64,000 nucleotides of DNA from Gemmatimonadales bacterium (GTDB taxonomy: Bacteria; Gemmatimonadota; Gemmatimonadetes; Gemmatimonadales; GWC2-71-9): contig DASSQQ010000042.1 of the NCBI GenBank assembly GCA_035702425.1, forward strand, positions 4,605 through 68,604, written 5' to 3'. The position numbers were made by a program, and so were the translations under genes. Below, one piece after another: positions 1 to 8,653 of the stretch. Position 1 is the first letter of the stretch; each line of letters begins with the position of its first letter. The notes under the pieces are model-generated. The model had not been told where the DNA came from. It saw nothing but the letters and a program-made list of their open reading frames with translations, and did not search any database.

Positions 1-167
1 TCGAGCTCTCCCGAGAGCGCCCGGCGGTTCAGGGACTCGATGTCGGCGAGCTCGTGCACGTAGCGGCGGTCCCCGGTGTCCACGAGCCCCTGCGCCAGGG
101 CCCAGAACATGAAGGCGTCGTCGGCGTCGGGGCTGTGGGCGAGGTGGATGGTGCGGGGCGCGGTCAT
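1..167 (-). CDS. MqnA/MqnD-family menaquinone (futalosine-pathway) biosynthesis protein. N-terminal fragment; the gene continues past the window start
   Basis: Reverse-complement translation from the ATG at 167-165 gives MTAPRTIHLAHSPDADDAFMFWALAQGLVDTGDRRYVHELADIESLN. The SP-x-x-D-x-F-x-F-x-AL and DIE-x-LN motifs are typical of the MqnA/MqnD fold. It is absent from the ORF track because no stop falls inside the window. Confidence 0.45.
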   Translation of the reverse strand, partial: MTAPRTIHLAHSPDADDAFMFWALAQGLVDTGDRRYVHELADIESLNRRALSGEL

Positions 168-247
168 GGGTCGGGGAATCTAACTGGCAGGATCGGCTCC
201 CCGCGCGTAGCGTTCACGGCGATGGAACACCTCCGGAGGGAAGGCGG

Positions 248-517
248 GTGAGCGCGAGCTTCCCGGGTCAGGAGCGCGCCAAGCAGATGGGCGAGCTCCA
301 GCGCGGCGACCAGCGCTGGCAGGTCTACCTCGAAGCCAAGCCCGACGCCGAGCTGGGCGCCGGGGCGGTGCGCGGCCGGGTGCACTTCCTGTCCGGCGAC
401 CAGCATCGGGTGACGGGCTGGATCTTCCTCGAATGGCAGGAGAAGGACATCCGGGACCGCTTCGCCGAATTCTCGGCGGTGGAGCTGTGGCACTTCGTGG
501 AGGCGCTGGAGGGGTAG
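248..517 (+). CDS. hypothetical small protein (89 aa)
   Basis: Complete ORF with strong GC3 bias typical of real genes in this genome. No recognisable family. Confidence 0.4.
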   Translation: MSASFPGQERAKQMGELQRGDQRWQVYLEAKPDAELGAGAVRGRVHFLSGDQHRVTGWIFLEWQEKDIRDRFAEFSAVELWHFVEALEG

Positions 518-796
518 CGGCACCGACGCGGTAGTGTCGCGCCGGATCTGCAGTCGGTGCAGGTTTTCCACATCACTTTTGCAAAATCTGTAGGTCGCAG
601 CGGGGTTCGACGGTCAAATTCGTGCAAATCGTGCACGAAATCATTGACACCAAACTTGCAGGCCATTACCTTCCGCTATGCCTGCCACGATTTCGATTCC
701 GCGAGAGTCCGGCGCCACCAGAGCCCAGCCCGGACTCTCGCTGTTTTTTGGACCGTTCGATCCCACTCCGGCCCCGACCCGAGGAGACGCACGCCA

Positions 797-2263
797 ATGA
801 CCGCCACGCTCGAACCCACCAAAACCACTGCGAGAGCCGCCGCCGGCCCCTCTCCCGCCGACGTGATCCGTCGCGCCAAGGAAGCGGGCGTCCAGGTAGT
901 GGACGTGAAGTTCACCGATCTGCCGGGGACCTGGCAGCACTTTTCGCTCCCGCTGTCGGAGCTGACCGAAGACACGTTCAGCGACGGGCTCGGATTCGAC
1001 GGCTCGTCGATCCGCGGCTTTCAGGCGATCAACGAGAGCGACATGCTGCTGATGCCGGATCCGGCGAGCGCGTTCGTGGATCCCTGTCTCCAGGTGCCCA
1101 CGCTCTCGCTCACCTGCGACATCGTGGATCCCACGACCCTCGAGCCCTACAGCCGCGATCCGCGCTACGTGGCGCGGAAGGCGGAGGAGTTCCTGGTGCG
1201 GAGCGGCGTGGCGACGACGGCGTACTACGGGCCGGAAGCGGAGTTCTACATCTTCAACTCGGTGCGCTTCGACCAGAACGCGCACGAGGGCTACTACCAC
1301 ATCGATTCCGAAGAGGGGATCTGGAACTCGGGGACCAACGGCACGCCGAACCTGGGCCACCGTCCGCGCCACAAGGAGGGCTATTTCCCGGTGCCGCCGG
1401 TAGACCGGCTCCAGGACCTGCGCTCCAAGATCATGCTGGCGCTGATCGCGGCCGGGATCAACGTGGAAGTGCATCACCACGAAGTCGGCACCGCGGGGCA
1501 GACCGAAATCGACATGCGCTTCGGCACCCTGACCCGCATGGCCGACCAGCTGATGATGTACAAGTACATCGTCAAGAACGTCTGCGCCCAGCACGGGTAC
1601 ACGGCGACCTTCATGCCCAAGCCGATGTACGGGGACAACGGTTCCGGCATGCACGTCCACATGAGCCTGTGGAACGGCGACAAGAACCTGTTCTTCGATC
1701 CCAACGGGTACGCGCTGATTTCGGACACGGCGCGCTGGTACATCGGCGGGCTGATCAAGCACGCGGCGGCGGTGCTGGCGTTCGCGGCGCCGACCACCAA
1801 CAGCTACCGCCGGCTGGTGCCGGGCTACGAGGCGCCGATCAACCTCATCTACTCCCAGCGGAACCGCTCGGCGATCTGCCGGATTCCGATGTACTCCAAG
1901 TCCGCGAAGGCGAAGCGGATCGAGTTCCGGGCTCCGGATCCCTCGAGCAACCCGTACCTCACGTTCGCGGCGCTGTTGATGGCGGGCCTGGACGGCGTGA
2001 AGAACCGGATCGAGCCGCCGAAGCCGATGGACGTGGATCTCTACGATCTGGAGCCGGCGGAGCGCAAGCACGTGAAGAACACGCCGGGAAGCCTCCCCGA
2101 GGCGCTGGCGGCGCTCGAGGCGGACCACGCGTTCCTGCTCGAGGGCGGGGTGTTCACGCAGGACCTGATCGACACCTGGCTCGCCTACAAGCGGGCCAAG
2201 GAAGTGGATCCGGTGGCCCTGCGTCCCCATCCGTACGAGTTCTTCCTGTACTATGATGTCTGA
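797..2263 (+). CDS. glnA: glutamine synthetase type I-beta (GlnA), adenylylatable form
   Basis: The internal ATG at 797 of ORF 557..2263 gives a ~488-aa GS. It has the catalytic motifs (GPEAEFYIF, MPKPMYGDNGSGMHVHMSLW, NSYRRLVPGYEAP) and the adenylylation-site motif KPMDVDLYDLEP. The region upstream of 797 has low coding quality. Confidence 0.9.
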   Translation: MTATLEPTKTTARAAAGPSPADVIRRAKEAGVQVVDVKFTDLPGTWQHFSLPLSELTEDTFSDGLGFDGSSIRGFQAINESDMLLMPDPASAFVDPCLQVPTLSLTCDIVDPTTLEPYSRDPRYVARKAEEFLVRSGVATTAYYGPEAEFYIFNSVRFDQNAHEGYYHIDSEEGIWNSGTNGTPNLGHRPRHKEGYFPVPPVDRLQDLRSKIMLALIAAGINVEVHHHEVGTAGQTEIDMRFGTLTRMADQLMMYKYIVKNVCAQHGYTATFMPKPMYGDNGSGMHVHMSLWNGDKNLFFDPNGYALISDTARWYIGGLIKHAAAVLAFAAPTTNSYRRLVPGYEAPINLIYSQRNRSAICRIPMYSKSAKAKRIEFRAPDPSSNPYLTFAALLMAGLDGVKNRIEPPKPMDVDLYDLEPAERKHVKNTPGSLPEALAALEADHAFLLEGGVFTQDLIDTWLAYKRAKEVDPVALRPHPYEFFLYYDV

Positions 2264-2277
2264 GTAAGGCACGGAAC

Positions 2278-2317
2278 GACGGAAGGACGGAAGGCCAACC
2301 CCTTCCGTCTTTCCGTC
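2278..2317. terminator. 17-bp-stem hairpin between the two GS genes (GACGGAAGGACGGAAGG / CCTTCCGTCTTTCCGTC). Candidate terminator or attenuator
   Basis: Near-perfect inverted repeat read directly from the sequence, with one mismatch and a 6-nt loop. No U-run follows. Confidence 0.4.
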
Positions 2318-2356
2318 TTCCGGTCCGTCCTCCAACCGTCACGCCAGACACCTCTT

Positions 2357-3697
2357 ATGCCGACAACCTCCGGCGCCTCCAAGCGCGACCTCCTCGACCT
2401 CGCCAAGAAGCAGGGCGTGGCCTTCCTGCGCCTCCAGTTCACCGACATCCTGGGCGTCAACAAGAACGTCGAGGTGCCCGAGAGCCAGTTCGAGAAGGCG
2501 CTCGAGGGGGACATCATGTTCGACGGGAGCTCGATCGAAGGGTTCGTGCGGATCGAGGAGTCGGACATGGTGCTGAAGCCCGACCTCGCCACCTTCCGGA
2601 TCCTGCCCCACGACGACGAAGGGGGCCGGGTGGCGCGCATCATCTGCGACATCTACAACCCCGACGGCTCAACCTTCGCGGGGTGCACCCGGCAGGCCCT
2701 GAAGCGGCAGATCGCGCAGGCCGAAGCGGCCGGGTTCGAGATGATGGCGGGCGCGGAGGCGGAGTTCTTCATCTTCCAGCTCGACGCCTCGGGCGATCCC
2801 ACCACGGAGACCCACGATCACGGCGGCTACTTCGATCAGACGCCGGTGGACAAGGCCGAGGAGATCCGGCGGCTGATCATCAAGGACCTGGTCTCGATGG
2901 GGTTCGAGGTCGAGGCGGGACATCACGAAGTGGCGCCGGGCCAGCACGAGATCGACTTCCGGTACGCCGCGGCGCTCGAGACCGCGGACAACCTCGCCAC
3001 CTTCCGGTTCATCGTGCGCAACGAGGCGTACCGCCACGGATTCCTCGCCACCTTCATGCCCAAGCCGATCTTCGGGCAGAACGGGTCGGGGATGCACACC
3101 CATCAGTCGCTGTTCAAGAAGGGGGTGAACGCGTTCCACGATCCCAAGGGGCAGTGGGAGCTGTCGGGCGTCGCCCTCTCCTACATCGCGGGACTGCTGG
3201 AGCACGCGCGCGGGTTCTGCGCCGTCACCAATCCCCTGGTGAACAGCTACAAACGGCTGGTGCCGGGGTACGAAGCGCCGGTGAACGTGGCGTGGTCCAT
3301 GCGCAACCGCTCGCCGCTGGTGCGGATTCCCGACCGCCGCGGCTCGGGGACCCGCTGCGAGCTCCGGATGCCGGACCCGTCGGCCAATCCGTACCTCGCG
3401 CTCGCGGTCCAGCTCGCGGCGGGAATGGACGGGGTGGCGAAGAAGCTCGCGCCCCCCGATCCGGTCAACAAGAACATCTTCGAGATGAGCTTCCGGGAGC
3501 GGCGGAAGTACCGCATCGACGAGCTGCCGCGGGACCTGCACGAGGCGCTGGACTGCCTCGAGAAGGACGAAGTCATCCGCGCGGCGCTGGGGGAGCACAT
3601 CTACGAGCGCTTCCTCGAGGCCAAGCGCGGGGAGTGGCAGGAGTACATCGGGAGGGTGAGTGAGTGGGAGCTGGAGCGATACCTGGGACAGTACTGA
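2357..3697 (+). CDS. glutamine synthetase type I-alpha (446 aa, Gram-positive/archaeal type)
   Basis: Full-length GS: DGSSIEGF, GAEAEFFIF, MPKPIFGQNGSGMHTHQSLF, NSYKRLVPGYEAP. It has no adenylylation motif and the length is typical of GSI-alpha. Confidence 0.9.
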   Translation: MPTTSGASKRDLLDLAKKQGVAFLRLQFTDILGVNKNVEVPESQFEKALEGDIMFDGSSIEGFVRIEESDMVLKPDLATFRILPHDDEGGRVARIICDIYNPDGSTFAGCTRQALKRQIAQAEAAGFEMMAGAEAEFFIFQLDASGDPTTETHDHGGYFDQTPVDKAEEIRRLIIKDLVSMGFEVEAGHHEVAPGQHEIDFRYAAALETADNLATFRFIVRNEAYRHGFLATFMPKPIFGQNGSGMHTHQSLFKKGVNAFHDPKGQWELSGVALSYIAGLLEHARGFCAVTNPLVNSYKRLVPGYEAPVNVAWSMRNRSPLVRIPDRRGSGTRCELRMPDPSANPYLALAVQLAAGMDGVAKKLAPPDPVNKNIFEMSFRERRKYRIDELPRDLHEALDCLEKDEVIRAALGEHIYERFLEAKRGEWQEYIGRVSEWELERYLGQY

Positions 3698-3729
3698 GAG
3701 CGTCGAGCGGCGATGCGTCGAGAGGCCAA

Positions 3730-4287
3730 GTGCCGCGACCTCCCCGGCGACCGCGTCTCGGGACGCTTCGCGTCTGGACCTTCGGTCTCCTGACGTTCTG
3801 CCTCGCGTCGACGGCGTGTGACCTGTTGCCCCGTCCCGGCGACACCCGCGGGGTTCAGCAGCAGGCGATCTGGGTGAAGCAGGGACGGCTCACGGTGGAC
3901 ACCGACCGGAAGGTCACCCTGGTGCGCCTGCGCGCCGACTCCACCACCGGCGACCACGACGTGCTCCTCACCCGGTTCGACTTCGCGCCCTCCGGCGCCG
4001 AAGGCGCGGAGTACGCGCTCCGCCTGGGCCTCGACCTGGGACACGCGCGGGAGCTGTCGATCGGCCACGCGTACCGGCTGGGCTCGGAAATTCCCGCCTT
4101 CGGCACCGTGACCTGCTTTTGCCGCCCGCTCCGGCCCGACTCGGTGCGGGGGACGTACGTCCTGCAGCAGCGCGGCGTGGCCCAGCTCACCGGCCGGGTC
4201 GACGCCACGCTCTACTTCACGGCGTGGGATTCCTCCGCCGATCACGTCACCTACCGGCTCCGGCAGTCCATCTTTGGCGTCCGGTAA
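3730..4287 (+). CDS. hypothetical secreted protein
   Basis: High-GC3 ORF. A likely GTG start at 3730 gives the signal peptide VPRPPRRPRLGTLRVWTFGLLTFCLASTA|C. Codon bias is poor upstream of 3730. The start is uncertain. Confidence 0.4.
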   Translation: MPRPPRRPRLGTLRVWTFGLLTFCLASTACDLLPRPGDTRGVQQQAIWVKQGRLTVDTDRKVTLVRLRADSTTGDHDVLLTRFDFAPSGAEGAEYALRLGLDLGHARELSIGHAYRLGSEIPAFGTVTCFCRPLRPDSVRGTYVLQQRGVAQLTGRVDATLYFTAWDSSADHVTYRLRQSIFGVR

Positions 4288-5833
4288 CGCTCGCGCCGGT
4301 CTCCTCGCGCTGGCGCTGGCCGCCGGCGCGGCTTCCCTGCCCGCGCAGACCATCGACACCATCGTGGTCGAGCCTCACAACGTGTTCGACGACACCGGAT
4401 CGGCGCCCGGCTTCCTCGCCCACCTCGGGAACGCGCTGCACGTCACCACCCGTCCCTGGGTGATCCGCCAGACCATCTTCTTCAACCAGGGCGATCCCTA
4501 CGACTCGGCGCGAGCGGTGGAGAGCGAGCGGGCCCTGCGCGAGCTTTTCGTCTTTCGCTCGGTGCGGCTCGACACCACCCGGGTGGACGGGCGGCTGGCC
4601 CTCCGCGCCGTGACCTCGGACGGCTGGAGCACCAAACCCCAGCTGGGGTTCGGGGCGGCGGGAGGGTCGACCCACTGGGAGCTGGGACTGAACGAGGACA
4701 ACTTCCTCGGCACCGCGACCACCATCGGCGCGGTCTACCTCGTCACCCCCGACCGCCGCGAGGTGGACCTGGGCTACCAGCGGCCTTCGTTCCTCTTCCG
4801 GCGCGCCACCATCTCCGCCACCTACCGCGACAAGTCGGACGGGACCGCGGGGCTCTGGTCCTACGGCGTCCCGTTCTACCAGACCTCGGCCCCCTTCTCG
4901 CTCATCACCGACGGCGAAGCGGCGAAGGAGCGGGTGCTGATCTTCCGCGACGGCGTGCAGGTGGCGACTCCCCAGCGCCGCGCGCTCCGCTTCACGGCGA
5001 CGGGGGGCGTCGCCCTGCACGCCTCCACGCGGGGGTACAGCCGGCTCTGGCTTTCGGGAACGTGGCGCCGCGAGGATTTCGACTCCGCCGCCGCGTCACC
5101 CTTCCCGCGATCCACGTTCGGCACCATCGGCGCGGGATTGAACCTCGGGCACTCGCGGTTCCGGATCGTGGAGCACCTGAACTCATTCGCGCGGCGGGAG
5201 GACGCGGATCTCTCGGAGACGGTGGGCATCGGGGTGTGGGCCGCGCCCCGCGCGTTCGGGTACGCCAACGGACGGGACGGCGTCGGTCTCGCGGGGCAGG
5301 CGCAGGGGAGCGCGGTGTGGAAGGGCGGGTTCGCGGTGCTGCGGGCGGCGGGGGACGGGGTGTTCGGCGGGAGCGGCCTCGACTCGGGGCGGGTCACCGG
5401 GTCGTTCACGGCGGCGCACTTCGGACTTCCGCGCCAGACCTGGATCGTCCACGTCGAAGCCGGCTCGCTCCGCGGCGAGAAGCCGGGGGACGAATTCGAC
5501 CTGTGGACCAGCCAGAACGGCCCGCGGCTTTTCGGCGCGCACCAGTTCATCGGCTCCCGGATGCTCTGGGCCGCGCTCGAGAACCGGGTGGTGGTGAGCG
5601 ACGACTTCTCGGGACTCCTGGGCGTGGGGCTCGCGCCGTTCCTCGATTACGGCGGCGCCTGGTACGGTGACGAGCGGCCGCGCGAAGGGGGGGACGTGGG
5701 GCTCACCCTCCGGCTCGGTCCCACTCAGGCGATCAAGGGCGACGTGGCCGAGATCGCGGTGGGGTACCGGTTCGGCCAGGGATTCACCGGGAGCCGCTGG
5801 GCGGTCGCGGTGCGGCGGGGAATTCGCTACTAG
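4274..5833 (+). CDS. Omp85/TpsB-superfamily outer-membrane beta-barrel protein (POTRA-like N-terminal region)
   Basis: It has a signal peptide (MASGNARAGLLALALAAGAASLPAQT), a long beta-rich sequence with alternating Gly/aromatic residues, and a C-terminal aromatic residue (…GIRY). Confidence 0.5.
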   Translation: MASGNARAGLLALALAAGAASLPAQTIDTIVVEPHNVFDDTGSAPGFLAHLGNALHVTTRPWVIRQTIFFNQGDPYDSARAVESERALRELFVFRSVRLDTTRVDGRLALRAVTSDGWSTKPQLGFGAAGGSTHWELGLNEDNFLGTATTIGAVYLVTPDRREVDLGYQRPSFLFRRATISATYRDKSDGTAGLWSYGVPFYQTSAPFSLITDGEAAKERVLIFRDGVQVATPQRRALRFTATGGVALHASTRGYSRLWLSGTWRREDFDSAAASPFPRSTFGTIGAGLNLGHSRFRIVEHLNSFARREDADLSETVGIGVWAAPRAFGYANGRDGVGLAGQAQGSAVWKGGFAVLRAAGDGVFGGSGLDSGRVTGSFTAAHFGLPRQTWIVHVEAGSLRGEKPGDEFDLWTSQNGPRLFGAHQFIGSRMLWAALENRVVVSDDFSGLLGVGLAPFLDYGGAWYGDERPREGGDVGLTLRLGPTQAIKGDVAEIAVGYRFGQGFTGSRWAVAVRRGIRY

Positions 5834-5865
5834 GGCGGCCGCGCGTCCTGCGGGCCCGGCGACGG

Positions 5866-7830
5866 CTAGTCGTTCCCGTGTTCGATCACGATGTACTTCA
5901 CGTCGTCCTTGGCGAGGGCGGCGAGCCAGTCGATCAGCGCGCCGATCTTGGACGGCGGCTCGGTACCCTTCCTGCCTTCGATGCGCCGTACCACCCGGAG
6001 CACGCGCCCATCCTGGGCGTAGGTCGCCGTGTAACTGCCGAAATCGCTCGCGCTCGACACGTCGGACGGCAGGCGCGCCCGCCACCCGGCCGGCAGCGTG
6101 AGTCGCAGATCATAAGACTCGAGGCCCGGGCCCGTCACCGCGGCGACGTCGATGGGGAACTTGCGCGGCCCCCGGGAGCGCAGGTCGGAGACGAGTCCCG
6201 GCGACGCGTAGTCGTGAATGGGAAGGGTCAGGATTTCCTGTCCGCCGGCGCTCGAGGTGGCGTGCCCGCCGGAGACGAAGGCCGAGACTTTCGGCTCGGC
6301 GCTCCAGTCGCGCCCGTCGAAGATCTGGAGACTGTCGGCGCTCCCCGACGCGCCCTCGAACACGGAGTTGGCGATGGCGCGGGCCAGGCGGTCGCGGCCG
6401 GTCGAATCGTAGGGCGTGGTGAAGGCGCCGCGGAGACTGTACTGCTTGGTGCCGGTGGTGGTCTCGGTGATGCGGCCGGTGAAGGAACCGTCGGGCGCGA
6501 GGTTTCCGGCGATCAGGGTCTCGTCGCGGTTGGCGCCCACCGAGTCCTCGGGGAAGGTAATGGTCTCGCCGGTTCCGTCGGAGTGCACCACCAGGCCGAA
6601 CTCGCCCTGCTCGTCGGGCGGCAGGTCGCCCGAGGGCGTGAGCTCGGAGGTGAGGTCGAAATAGCGGTAGCCCTTCGCTCCGGGCCATTTCACCGCGGCG
6701 ATCATGTGATCGAACTGGGAGGGCGTGGGGATGGTCGAGTCCACGCCCCCCGAGGCCGCGAGGAGGACGGGGTAGGCGGTGAGGCCGAAGCGGCGCATCG
6801 CGGTGATGAACAGGGTCGCCTTGTCCTTGCAGTCCCCGTACTTGGTGGTGAAGACGTCTCCCGGGAGCCGGGGGCGGTATCCGCCGATGCCCAGGGAGAG
6901 CGAGACGTACCGGAAATCCTGCGCCACCCAGCGGTGGACGGCGCGCACCGAGTCCTCGAGCGTCTTGGCGGAGGCGACGACGCCCGAGAGCTCGCGCTCC
7001 AGGTCCGGTGTGAGCTGATACCGGTCGGCGGAGAGCCGGGCGTACCACCGGGCGATGTCGCCCCAGGAAATGGGCGCCGAGACGTTGATGGTGACGCTCA
7101 CGGTGTTGGGGGAGGCGGCGTACAGCTCGGGCTCGACCCGCGCCACTTCCTGCGTCGCCCAGGTGTAGACGCGGCGGCCGCGGGATTCGGTGGTCAGGCG
7201 CGGGAAGTGGAGGTTCTCTTCCTTGATGCGCGGCGTGACCGAGGCGGGGAGGTCCACCACCAGGCGGGAGCGGCGGGTGTAGCGGCCGGTGATGACGCTC
7301 CACGAGGTGTGGTAGTCGCCGGGCATCACCGGCTTCCTGGTTTCGACGGTGTAGCTGTAGTCCACGAGGGTGTTGGGCGCGACGCCGCCCAGGGAGACCC
7401 GGTGCTCGATCAGGTCGGAGTACACCGGCGCGTCCTCGGCGACCTCGGAGATGGACTCCTGCTCGTGGGACGGCTGGCTCGAGATCACGGTGCCGTCGGG
7501 CCGGAGGACGCGGATCCAGTTGACGGTGAGCTTCTCCCGGCTCGAGTCGTAGGAGAAGGTCTGCTCTCCCCACTGCTCGGCGGCCTCGCGGGTGAAGACC
7601 TGCACGATCTGGCGATAGGTGCGGGTGCCGCGGCCGTCGGCCTCGAAGCGGACCACGCCGTCGTCGAGCAGGTACACGAAGGGCTGGTCGGGGTAGTCGG
7701 CGGGCTTCACCGCGAGCCGGTAGATGGTGTCGCTCTTCACCGAGGGGTCGCCGGCGGGGGTGATCACCGGGGCCTGGGCCGCGAGGGGGAGCGGCAGGGC
7801 GAGGAGGAGGAGCAGCGGCGCGCGGCGCAT
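5866..7830 (-). CDS. transglutaminase-like cysteine-protease superfamily protein (DUF3857/DUF3858 architecture), secreted
   Basis: Signal peptide MRRAPLLLLLALPLPLAAQA and a transglutaminase core around YGDCKDKATLF. 654 aa. Confidence 0.65.
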   Translation of the reverse strand: MRRAPLLLLLALPLPLAAQAPVITPAGDPSVKSDTIYRLAVKPADYPDQPFVYLLDDGVVRFEADGRGTRTYRQIVQVFTREAAEQWGEQTFSYDSSREKLTVNWIRVLRPDGTVISSQPSHEQESISEVAEDAPVYSDLIEHRVSLGGVAPNTLVDYSYTVETRKPVMPGDYHTSWSVITGRYTRRSRLVVDLPASVTPRIKEENLHFPRLTTESRGRRVYTWATQEVARVEPELYAASPNTVSVTINVSAPISWGDIARWYARLSADRYQLTPDLERELSGVVASAKTLEDSVRAVHRWVAQDFRYVSLSLGIGGYRPRLPGDVFTTKYGDCKDKATLFITAMRRFGLTAYPVLLAASGGVDSTIPTPSQFDHMIAAVKWPGAKGYRYFDLTSELTPSGDLPPDEQGEFGLVVHSDGTGETITFPEDSVGANRDETLIAGNLAPDGSFTGRITETTTGTKQYSLRGAFTTPYDSTGRDRLARAIANSVFEGASGSADSLQIFDGRDWSAEPKVSAFVSGGHATSSAGGQEILTLPIHDYASPGLVSDLRSRGPRKFPIDVAAVTGPGLESYDLRLTLPAGWRARLPSDVSSASDFGSYTATYAQDGRVLRVVRRIEGRKGTEPPSKIGALIDWLAALAKDDVKYIVIEHGND

Positions 7831-7877
7831 CGAGTATCCTTGAACCGTAGCGGGAAGCGAATTATACCCCGAATCGC

Positions 7878-7914
7878 GGGGGGGCGGGGGGGGCGGGGGG
7901 GGCGGGGGCGAGGG
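7878..7914. repeat. G-tract simple repeat (G7-C-G8-C-G8-C-G5-C-G…) in a divergent promoter region
   Basis: Read directly from the sequence. It lies between the minus-strand gene starting at 7830 and the plus-strand gene starting at 7979. Confidence 0.8.
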
Positions 7915-7978
7915 TCTTGCGGGGTCTCCGGCGGGTCCGCAATTTACTTAGCACAGCTAACTATCTCGGAGGACTGCG

Positions 7979-8653
7979 ATGGCGGCCCAGGCGGCGGACC
8001 CGAAGGTCGAGATCTTCGACGCGATCCGGGCGGGCGACAAGGACCGGGTGCAGGCGCTGCTCCGGGCGGACCCCGGCGTCGTCAACGCGCGCAGCGACCG
8101 GGGCTACTCGCCGGTGCTGATCGCGCAGTATCACCAGCAGAAGGCGCTGGTCGAGATCCTCCTCGCCGCGGGCCCGGTCCTGGACATCTGGGACGCCGCG
8201 TCGGTGGGAGACTCGAAGCGCGTCGGCGAGCTGCTCGACCGGGACCCGTCGCTCCTCAACGCGTACGCGCCGGACGGCTTCTTTCCGCTCGCGCTCGCGG
8301 CCTTCTTCGGATATCCGGAGACGGTGAAACTGCTGCTGGCGCGAGGCGCTGACCCCGCGCAGGCGGCGAAGAACCCGATGAAGATCACGGCGCTCCACTC
8401 CGCGGTGACCAACAGCCTGGAGTCGGTGAAGGCGCTGGTCGGCGCCGGGGCGCCGGTGAACGCGAAGCAGGACAAGGGGTGGGCGCCGCTGCACGAGGCC
8501 GTGAACCGCGGCGATCTGGAGATGACGCGTTATCTCCTGGAACACGGCGCCGATCCCCGGCAGCAGAACGACGCCGGGACCAGCGCCATCGGGCTCGCGG
8601 CGGAGAAGAATGCGCCCGAGATTCTCAAACTCCTGAAGGGGGCGAAGCGTTGA
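7979..8653 (+). CDS. ankyrin-repeat protein
   Basis: Repeated ankyrin motifs, including G-SPVLIAQYHQQKALVEILLAAG, G-FPLALAAFFGYPETVKLLLARGADP, TALHSAVTNSLESVKALVGAGAPVN and G-WAPLHEAVNRGDLEMTRYLLEHGADP. Confidence 0.85.
   Translation: MAAQAADPKVEIFDAIRAGDKDRVQALLRADPGVVNARSDRGYSPVLIAQYHQQKALVEILLAAGPVLDIWDAASVGDSKRVGELLDRDPSLLNAYAPDGFFPLALAAFFGYPETVKLLLARGADPAQAAKNPMKITALHSAVTNSLESVKALVGAGAPVNAKQDKGWAPLHEAVNRGDLEMTRYLLEHGADPRQQNDAGTSAIGLAAEKNAPEILKLLKGAKR

Noticed and set aside
645-660. Sigma-54 promoter for glnA as a confident feature
   Set aside because: Spacing and the -12 GC are right, but the near-invariant -24 GG is GA. It is kept only as a low-confidence remark inside a finding.
641-2335. 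Long antisense or alternative-frame ORFs throughout the window (e.g. 641..2335 -, 5878..8352 +, 10009..12156 -, 13950..15878 -, 28184..30481 +, 34307..37120 +, 44103..47063 -, 53662..56247 -)
   Set aside because: Each overlaps a gene with clear homology and motifs on the other strand or frame. Their products are Arg/Gly/Pro-rich low-complexity sequence, as expected for stop-poor frames in ~70% GC DNA.
7878-7914. CRISPR array (the G-tract and heptamer repeats were checked)
   Set aside because: There are no regularly spaced identical repeats with unique spacers and no cas genes. The repeats are short tandem or palindromic units.
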